A stretch of 64,000 nt of DNA from an uncultured Verrucomicrobiae bacterium (GTDB lineage: Bacteria > Verrucomicrobiota > Verrucomicrobiia > Chthoniobacterales > UBA10450). Both the position numbers and the translations under genes were made by a program. The DNA lies in NCBI GenBank assembly GCA_963815455.1, contig CAWFGO010000001.1, positions 1,568,001 to 1,632,000 on the forward strand. Direction: 5' to 3'. Shown piece after piece: positions 57,244-64,000 of the stretch; within the stretch, counting starts at the first letter, position 1, and each line of letters opens with the position of its first letter. The notes under the pieces were generated by a model that was not told the origin of the DNA, did not search any database, and saw only the letters and a list, made by a program, of their open reading frames with translations.

Positions 57244-58140
57244 TCATTGGCGCGGCCTTGTTGCCAACCCGCGAAGCGTCTTCATATTCTCTACGTCTTC
57301 GCGCAGCTCTTTCCCTTTCGGCGTTTCCAATACCTTCGGAACTTTGCGGAAGCGCCGATCGCGCATGATGAACCGGAATGCGTCGAGGCCGATCTTGCCC
57401 TTGCCGATGTGTTCATGTCGATCCACGCGCGAGCCGCGGGCGGTTTTCGAGTCGTTGAGGTGAATCGCCGCGAGGCGCTCAAGGCCGATCACGCGATCGA
57501 ACTGGCGAAATGTTTTCTTAACGGCCGTCGCGTTGCCGATATCGTAGCCGGCGGCGAAAACGTGAGCGGTATCGAGACAAACACACAGGCGCTCCGGCTC
57601 GCGGACGTTGTCGATGATGTAAGCAATTTGCTCAAATGTATGGCCCAGGCATGAGCCTTGTCCGGCGGTCGTCTCCAGCGCGATGCGCGTTTTCACTTTT
57701 GGAATTTTCCGCAGCACCCTGTCGATTGAGCCAACGATCTTGTCGAGTCCAGCTTCTTCGCCCGCGCCGACGTGCGCACCCGGATGTAAAACGAGAAAGG
57801 GCAGTTCGAGCTGATTGGCTCGCGTCAATTCCTCGGATAAAGCGCGGACCGAATTCGCCAGGAACTGCGGATTGGTGGCGGCGAGGTTGATGAGATAGTT
57901 GGCGTGAGCGAAGATCGACAACAACTGGCCGCGCTGTCGATGGTTCAAGAATGCGAAAATTTCTTCGCCCGTTAGCGGGCGGGCGAACCATTGCATGTTG
58001 TTTTTCACGAACATCTGGATGGCCGTGCAGTCGATCGAGCGACCGCGCTCAATGGCCATGTGGACACCGCCCGCGATCGACATGTGGGCGCCGAGAAGAA
58101 TTTCTGATTTTGGATTGCTGATTTCTGATTGTCGCCGCAA
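57244..58140 (-). CDS. nfo: Endonuclease IV
   Basis: LGAHMSIAGG, HANYLINLA, VLHPG, LETTAGQG, CLDTAH, HLNDSK, DRHEHIG, VLETP. Confidence 0.95.
   Translation of the reverse strand: MRRQSEISNPKSEILLGAHMSIAGGVHMAIERGRSIDCTAIQMFVKNNMQWFARPLTGEEIFAFLNHRQRGQLLSIFAHANYLINLAATNPQFLANSVRALSEELTRANQLELPFLVLHPGAHVGAGEEAGLDKIVGSIDRVLRKIPKVKTRIALETTAGQGSCLGHTFEQIAYIIDNVREPERLCVCLDTAHVFAAGYDIGNATAVKKTFRQFDRVIGLERLAAIHLNDSKTARGSRVDRHEHIGKGKIGLDAFRFIMRDRRFRKVPKVLETPKGKELREDVENMKTLRGLATRPRQ
58100..58134 (-). repeat. 7-bp tandem repeat at the 5' end of nfo
   Basis: Plus strand atttctg attttgg attgctg atttctg attgtcg; encodes QSEISNPKSEI on the minus strand. Confidence 0.7.
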
Positions 58141-58152
58141 TGGTGATGGACC

Positions 58153-60540
58153 TCAGAACCTTTTCGCGTGCCACTCCGGTTTTTTGAGACTGCCCTGGCC
58201 GACGTACTCGAAAAGTTTGTAAACCGGCGAGAGCAGGACCCCGGCCGCACCGTGCATGTCCATCCGCATCTCGAAGTCGAGCTTGTCATCGAGAAAATGA
58301 ACGTCGCCGCGGCCGAGCATGCTGAAGAGTTTGCCGGCCACTTCAAAATCGTCGGTGTGAATAGTTCCGTCCTTGATCGTGAAACTGGCCGAGGCTCTGC
58401 GCCCAATGCTGTAGCCGGAGCCGGGCACGATGGTGTTAAGAATTCCCGAGAGGGGACCAAAAATCGGGATGGCAAACACATCGCCGTTTGTAACCAGAAT
58501 TTTTCCGGCGCCACGCATCGTGCGCGCGTCGCCGCCCGCGCCGGTGAAATCATAAGTGCCGTTCAACTCGCCCTGCAACGTCTTGGTTTGATAATAGAGA
58601 TCGGTTAACCGCGGGAAATTTATCGATTTGACCGCGATCCTGGCCTTATAATGGGGATCGTCTTTCGCGAGCGAGATATCGGCGTTGCCGTGAACGTTGC
58701 CGCCAAAAACGCCGGCTTTAACATCGAGAAGTTGCAGCCGGTCGTTCGTGAACAGCAGTTGTCCGGTGACGCGATCGAATGGCAATGTCTTGCCCAGGAA
58801 ATCGTAATCCATTCCCTGTGGAGCATCGACACCAATCTCCAAATGCGTCTTTTTTCCGCCGGCAAATTGATAGACGCCATTAATGGTGAGATTCGGTGGA
58901 TGGCGGAACTTATAGGGCGTGACGGTTTTCCAGACTTTTGGATCGATCCAAAAAATGACATCGGCCGGGCGCAATGATGTTTTGATGTTCGAGAGCCGGA
59001 CTTCGTGGTTCTTAAAATCGTAGGTGAACGTTCCGGTGCCAGTGCCTTCGTCGCGAGTAACCCGGAAGTTATCGTAAGTAACCGCGCGGTCGCCAAAATG
59101 GATCTTTGTCGTGCCACTATTCGCCCAGACGCCGCGAAAGCGCGTCCGGTTTAGCGCGAGAGTGCCCTCGCCCCGCCAGTTGTCCGGATGTCGATCCTGA
59201 GCACGAATCTCGAGGTGAACAGTCGGCGGGCGCTGCCATTCCCACTCACCCAGAAACTCGTTCACTCCACCCGATGTCAGCGGACGCAGTGCGCCGGGAC
59301 TGATCGTGCTCTCCAGGTTCAAGCGAAAATCGTTTGGAGCATCGAAGACTTCGGCGGTGAGTAGCCCGCTTTCGTGTCGAAGCCGAATATCGCGGAGCAA
59401 CGTTCGCTCGCCGTCCCAGGAAAAATCGACGTTGAAATCGGAGAACGGCACCGATTTGTAATCGAAACGGCCTGCCGCGGCGTGGCCGATGATCTTTAGT
59501 CGCGGCCGCTCTCCCCCAAAATTCACTGTGCCGGAAATTTCGACCAGGGGCGGCGTAGGAAATTCTGCATCTTTAAGAGGCCCGGCGAGCTCGACGGCTT
59601 CGAGCAAATCTCTCAGGCCGAGATTGCTGCGTACCTGAAAATCGGCCGCGTTAGTCTGGCGGCTCCAACTGGCGCGGCCGGCTAGACTGCCCTGCGCGTC
59701 GTTCCATTCACAATGGGTGACGTTGAGATGCTGATCTGCCCACTCGGCATCGACAGCCAGGTTTCTTATCTCATATCCGCTTCGGCTGATCCGGTCGCCG
59801 CGCAGCGTTGTCTCTACCCGTGCGTTTTCGAGGTCCGCGAGGTCGCCGTTGAATTTCACCTGCAGAGAGGGAGGACCGGATTTGAAGTCGAACTTTTGCA
59901 ACTCCCCCACGAGTCGCTGCAATGTCGAGATCTGCGCCTGCCAATCTTTATCGACGCCGGGCGAAGGTTCATAGTCCTCCCGTTTGATCAATTGGCCGGT
60001 CACCGAAATCCGCACCCCGCACAGAATTCCTTCGGCCTGGCTCACGTAGATTTGTTCGGGCGGGAAATAGACATGAGCGCGAAAGTTCTTGAGCTCCGCT
60101 TTCTTGGATTTTCCATCCGGGCTCTCGAGCGGGAGAGTGATTTGAGCGTTGCGCACGTCGAGCGCGTTAAGAAACGGCTGGCGATGGAAGAACGCGGCAT
60201 AGTTAATATCGAGCGAGATCTCGCTCACGACTGCGAGCAGGGTTTCGCGGTTCTTGTAATCGAAAATGCGCACATCCTGCGCAATGAGACCACGGAACGG
60301 ATCCAGCGTGATGCGGCGCACGGAAGCTTCCACGCCGCGCCGATGAAGTTCTTCGACCACTCGGGAACGCCATTGCCGGCCGAACCCTTCTCGGGCCAGA
60401 TAATAGCCGCCGCCGATAAATGCCGAGAGAGCAAAAACCAGAGAGAAGCGCAGGATCGAAATTGCCAGACGGCGCCCGAATGGCGGATGTCGATCCTCCC
60501 TCGGTTCGGTAATTTCTTGTGGCTCGATAACGGCAGGCAT
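58153..60540 (-). CDS. AsmA-like (TamB/YhdP superfamily) envelope protein
   Basis: N-terminal TM anchor, long beta-rich body, C-terminal G.G.I..G.VF.IPIFGPLS...F.I.DG...LFEY.G.GSL.KP.W pattern. Confidence 0.72.
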   Translation of the reverse strand: MPAVIEPQEITEPREDRHPPFGRRLAISILRFSLVFALSAFIGGGYYLAREGFGRQWRSRVVEELHRRGVEASVRRITLDPFRGLIAQDVRIFDYKNRETLLAVVSEISLDINYAAFFHRQPFLNALDVRNAQITLPLESPDGKSKKAELKNFRAHVYFPPEQIYVSQAEGILCGVRISVTGQLIKREDYEPSPGVDKDWQAQISTLQRLVGELQKFDFKSGPPSLQVKFNGDLADLENARVETTLRGDRISRSGYEIRNLAVDAEWADQHLNVTHCEWNDAQGSLAGRASWSRQTNAADFQVRSNLGLRDLLEAVELAGPLKDAEFPTPPLVEISGTVNFGGERPRLKIIGHAAAGRFDYKSVPFSDFNVDFSWDGERTLLRDIRLRHESGLLTAEVFDAPNDFRLNLESTISPGALRPLTSGGVNEFLGEWEWQRPPTVHLEIRAQDRHPDNWRGEGTLALNRTRFRGVWANSGTTKIHFGDRAVTYDNFRVTRDEGTGTGTFTYDFKNHEVRLSNIKTSLRPADVIFWIDPKVWKTVTPYKFRHPPNLTINGVYQFAGGKKTHLEIGVDAPQGMDYDFLGKTLPFDRVTGQLLFTNDRLQLLDVKAGVFGGNVHGNADISLAKDDPHYKARIAVKSINFPRLTDLYYQTKTLQGELNGTYDFTGAGGDARTMRGAGKILVTNGDVFAIPIFGPLSGILNTIVPGSGYSIGRRASASFTIKDGTIHTDDFEVAGKLFSMLGRGDVHFLDDKLDFEMRMDMHGAAGVLLSPVYKLFEYVGQGSLKKPEWHAKRF

Positions 60541-60554
60541 GATGGAACTTGGAT

Positions 60555-60628
60555 CGTTGAAGCGCTAGAGTATTGAAGCGTTGAAGCGGTCCGGCAATGT
60601 AACGCTTTAACCCTTCAACGCTCCAACA
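60555..60628. repeat. Inverted array of 8-bp tandem repeats in a divergent intergenic region
   Basis: cgttgaag cgctagag tattgaag cgttgaag (60555-60586) versus atgtaacg ctttaacc cttcaacg ctccaaca (60597-60628). Confidence 0.8.
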
Positions 60629-61062
60629 TGATTTCGATATCCGATCTTCCTGCGATCAATGCCGCGCTCAATGCCTTGAGCACGATCTTCATTTCCGCTG
60701 GCTGGTTCTGGATCCGGCGCAACGCCTGGCAGCGTCACGTGCCGTGCATGATCGCCGCGATCGTTTGCTCGACCCTGTTCCTCGTGGGTTACATCACTTA
60801 TCACGTTCACGTCGGCGAAAAATCTTCTGGCTATACTGGATGGACTGCGGCGATTTATTTTCCGCTCTTGATTTCCCACATCCTGCTCGCCTTCGTGACC
60901 CTCCCGCTGGTAATTGTGACACTCGTCCCGGTTTTTCGGCGCCGCTGGGACCGCCACCGGCGGCTCGGCCGCTGGACAATGCCGATCTGGCTCTATGTTT
61001 CCGTGACCGGTGTGCTCGTTTACCTCATGCTCTACAAATGGTTCCCGCCGCCAGGAGTCTAG
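60628..61062 (+). CDS. DUF420 family membrane protein
   Basis: LPAINAALN, H..CM, FL..Y..YH, LISHILLA, HRRLGRWTMPIWLYVSVTGVLVY. Confidence 0.9.
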   Translation: MISISDLPAINAALNALSTIFISAGWFWIRRNAWQRHVPCMIAAIVCSTLFLVGYITYHVHVGEKSSGYTGWTAAIYFPLLISHILLAFVTLPLVIVTLVPVFRRRWDRHRRLGRWTMPIWLYVSVTGVLVYLMLYKWFPPPGV

Positions 61063-61164
61063 CCGATCAGTTCGCGCACGGGTTGACACCGTACTTAGCT
61101 ATCTTGCATCCTTAGGAGAATTGATGTTTGATCAGAAACTGCCAAAACGGAATGCCAACGAAAT

Positions 61165-61617
61165 ATGGTGACGATCGCAACCTTTAACGAGCCGGCTAAA
61201 GCGAAGGAGCTCAAGACGCGTCTCCAGCAAGCCGGGTTGCAGGCGGACGTGCATAACGAAGCGCCGCTCCAGCAGGTTGGCTTCATGTCCAAGCCGCAGG
61301 CGAACGCCAAGGTGCTGGTGGAAGATACTGATTTCGAGCGCGCCCAGGGTCTCATGGTCGAATGGGAAGCGACCGATCCGGTCATCGCCGAGGCCGTGAT
61401 CCGCTGTCCCCAATGCGGCTCGTCACGGATCGAATATCCGCAGATGACACGCAAATTCATGACCCCGGCGCTGGTCGGCGTGCTTTGCGCGCTCAAGATT
61501 ATCCCGAAGGAATTTTACTGCCAGGATTGCCATTACACCTGGAGCAACCAGGAGGAGCGCATTATCGGGCGACTCTGGCATCGTTTTTTCCCGGGGAGCG
61601 AACCGGGGCAGAGTTGA
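61165..61617 (+). CDS. DUF2007-like protein with Zn-ribbon (CPQC...CQDC)
   Basis: MVTIATF....A..LK.RL..AG, V.V...DFERA; CPQCGS and CQDC. Confidence 0.7.
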   Translation: MVTIATFNEPAKAKELKTRLQQAGLQADVHNEAPLQQVGFMSKPQANAKVLVEDTDFERAQGLMVEWEATDPVIAEAVIRCPQCGSSRIEYPQMTRKFMTPALVGVLCALKIIPKEFYCQDCHYTWSNQEERIIGRLWHRFFPGSEPGQS

Positions 61618-61694
61618 GCCGGGGCAACCAATCGCTTGCCCCGGCCATAGTCGCGGCTGAAATTCAGGCCCGGCATGATCGATAAATTGCATCC

Positions 61695-62528
61695 ATGAAG
61701 TGGCTTTTTGTACTGTTGCTTGCGGCGTTCATCTTTGGCGCGGCCTGGTTTGGCTACAACCTCGTCTTCAAAGAGGACATCCAGGTGCGCAAAGAGCAGC
61801 GTGGCGAAATCACGCCCTCCGCCACGCCCGATATCAGCCTGCCGGAGTTTGAGGCCGCGGCGAAACTGCGCCAGGAAGGAAAACTCGTCGAAGCGCGCAA
61901 CGCCCTCACGTTACTGATTCAAAAATATCCCAACGGATTGCATGTCGAGGAAGCCAAGGACCTGCTGGGCGAAGCCAATGTCGACATCCTGCTTTCGACT
62001 CATCCCTCGCCCGAGAAAGAAGAGTACATCGTCAAGCCGGGCGACGTTTTGGCCAAAGTGGGACGCAGAATGAAATCGACGCCCGAACTGATCATGCGCA
62101 TGAACAATTTGAGCGGCACGATGCTGCGAATTGGCCAGAAGCTCCTGATTTCGCACCCCAATTTTTCGATAATCATTCAACGCAAAGCCAAAGTGATCGT
62201 GTTGCTGAACAACGGAGCGTTCTTCAAGCAATACCATGTTCGGGAAGAGAAGTTGCCGGCCAAAGCGACTCCAAAAATTATCACGAGAGTTTCCGAAACG
62301 CTGGCTTGGAAGGACGGCAAGCGCGTCGGGTTCGGCACCAAAGAGTACGCCGAGAGCACGCGCTGGATCCGTTTAGCCAATTCGGCCTACACAATTTATT
62401 CCGTGCCCGATGGGGCCCATTCGACTGTTGAGGAGCCGCCTTCGCAAGGGCTGGGCCTGGATGCTTCCGACGTGGAAGAACTGAGCAGTCTTGTAAACAA
62501 CAAGACGCCTGTCACCATTATCGACTGA
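61695..62528 (+). CDS. Membrane-anchored LysM-domain protein
   Basis: N-terminal TM; YIVKPGDVLAKV...ELIMRMNNL....LRIGQKL; degenerate L,D-transpeptidase-like C-terminus. Confidence 0.8.
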   Translation: MKWLFVLLLAAFIFGAAWFGYNLVFKEDIQVRKEQRGEITPSATPDISLPEFEAAAKLRQEGKLVEARNALTLLIQKYPNGLHVEEAKDLLGEANVDILLSTHPSPEKEEYIVKPGDVLAKVGRRMKSTPELIMRMNNLSGTMLRIGQKLLISHPNFSIIIQRKAKVIVLLNNGAFFKQYHVREEKLPAKATPKIITRVSETLAWKDGKRVGFGTKEYAESTRWIRLANSAYTIYSVPDGAHSTVEEPPSQGLGLDASDVEELSSLVNNKTPVTIID

Positions 62529-62532
62529 AAAA

Positions 62533-63512
62533 ATGCAACCGCTCGATTTCGAAAAGCCGATCTTTGAGTTGGAACGGCGTCTGCAGGATTTGAAGACCCA
62601 TTCGAACAAGCACGATGTCGATCTTGAGTCGGCGATCAAGGAGATCGAGGGAAAGATTCGGCAAAAGAAGAAGGACATTTACGGCAACTTGACCGCGTGG
62701 CAGCGGGTCCAGATCGCGCGGCACACGCAGCGGCCGTTTTCTCTGGATTACGTCGAGCGCTGTTTTACAAACTGGGTCGAACTGCACGGCGATCGTCATT
62801 TTGCCGACGATAAGGCGATGCCGAGCGGGCTCGCCATGCTCGGCTCGCGGCATTGCGTCGTCATCACCCACCAGAAAGGACGGAACACGAAGGAGAACGT
62901 GATGCGCAATTTCGGTTGCGCGCATCCGGAAGGTTATCGCAAAGCGCTCCGCTTGATGCGCCTGGCCGAAAAGTTCGGGATGCCGGTAATTTCGCTAATC
63001 GACACGCCCGGCGCATTTCCGGGTGTCGGGTCGGAGGAACGCCACATTTCCGAAGCGATCGCGGTGAACCTGCGCGAAATGATGACGTTGCGCGTGCCCA
63101 TCGTTACTGCCGTAATCGGCGAAGGCGGCTCGGGCGGCGCTTTGGGCATCGGCGTGGCCGATCGGGTATTGATCCTCGAGAACGCGTATTATTCAGTCAT
63201 TAGCCCAGAAGCGTGTTCCGCGATTTTATGGCGCGACCGGCGACACGCGGCCGAAGCCGCCGAAGCGCTCAAGCTTACCGCGCAGGATCTACTTAAGCTT
63301 CGGGTAGTGGATGAAATCGTGCCCGAACCTGAGGGCGGCGCCCATCACGATTACGATACGGTTGCGGCAAATCTCGGGACTGCGTTGCGCCAAATCTGGA
63401 AGGCTTGATGGAAACGCCGATCGATGATCTGCTCAAAAAGCGCTACCGGAAGTTCCGCGCGATCGGCAACTTCGAAGAGGAAAAAAGTTCAACGTCCTCT
63501 TCGCGTTCATGA
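62533..63512 (+). CDS. accA: Acetyl-CoA carboxylase carboxyltransferase alpha subunit; frameshift near 63393
   Basis: LDFEKPI, ELHGDR, PEGYRKALR, IDTPGA, GEGGSGGALG, YSVISPE. The +1-corrected frame continues ..LLKKRYRKFRAIG to TGA at 63510-63512. Confidence 0.94.
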
Positions 63513-64000
63513 CCTTCGCTGGCAGTGTCTGGCGAAGCATCGCCTCCCTCACTTTCGGATTCGCACTGTTCACCGGGGCGCAGGGCAGCGTTCGGGCATC
63601 CGACTTTCAATTTCATCGGGAAATATTCTCATTCGTTAACTCAACGGTGTTTGCCTATCATGACGGACAAATTGTCAGTCGGGGCAAAGCTGCCGGGAAA
63701 CAGAAGACCAAGCGATATACCAGACGCTGCTTTGTCATGAGCCGTGCAGTGTTGCAATTTCACAAATTTGCCCGGTTCGATCCGCGAGGCGCGCCGTTGG
63801 ATGACAAGACTTTGGCCAGACGAATTCGGCAGGTCGCGCACGAAGGCCCGTGGCATCCGGCGTTTCCGGACAACAAGCGAGTTGTGTTTCCGGGCTATTC
63901 CGATCTTCGCTCGATGAGCAAAGCTCGGGCGCGTGTGTTGCAGGAAAATCTCGGGCTGGGTTGGCCGACCTATCTGCGGGTTGGCAACGGCCGAATGTTT
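63509..64000 (+). CDS. Hypothetical exported protein, runs off the window; absent from the ORF track
   Basis: ATGA overlap with the accA stop. Open frame MTFAGSVWRSIASLTFGFALFTGAQGSVRASDFQF...YTRRCFVMSRAVLQFHKFARFDP... continues to 64000. Confidence 0.7.
   Translation, partial: MTFAGSVWRSIASLTFGFALFTGAQGSVRASDFQFHREIFSFVNSTVFAYHDGQIVSRGKAAGKQKTKRYTRRCFVMSRAVLQFHKFARFDPRGAPLDDKTLARRIRQVAHEGPWHPAFPDNKRVVFPGYSDLRSMSKARARVLQENLGLGWPTYLRVGNGRMF

Overview
Bacterial chromosomal window. Gene content suggests Verrucomicrobiota, probably Chthoniobacterales-like (inference, not tested). Many genes, including prmC and accA, carry single-base frameshifts, often at homopolymers, which most likely reflect uncorrected long-read errors. 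(1) Positions 1-13 kb, minus strand: a compact trans-envelope electron-transfer cluster. It encodes an 8-motif MtrA/DmsE-like lipoprotein cytochrome, an MtrB/PioB-like porin, two paralogous monoheme cytochromes, a heptaheme NapC/NirT (ImcH-like) cytochrome, an uncharacterised repeat lipoprotein, ResB/CcsA System II maturation genes, a Rieske protein, cytochrome b, and a cytochrome with at least 9 hemes that the ORF track misses. (2) 13-27 kb: HAF-repeat protein, TPP-dependent decarboxylase, a Cys-rich leader ORF before a cusCBA-type efflux system, and an M28 peptidase. (3) 27-40 kb: a putative low-oxygen cluster (PFOR, DHODH-like, GltD-like, pdxH, transketolase-like, PocR-AraC regulator, cNMP-binding protein, USP). 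(4) 40-64 kb: housekeeping genes (ruvC, lipB, rpmE, prfA, prmC, murA, nfo, accA). Overlaid on this is a repeat architecture the gene calls do not explain. Two four-helix-bundle genes are each bracketed by inverted arrays of short tandem repeats (9-mer and 7-mer). There is also a gene-less inverted 8-mer array, in-frame heptamer arrays inside prmC and nfo, and REP-like TGTCATCCTGAG palindromes. No rRNA, tRNA, CRISPR array or transposase was recognised.
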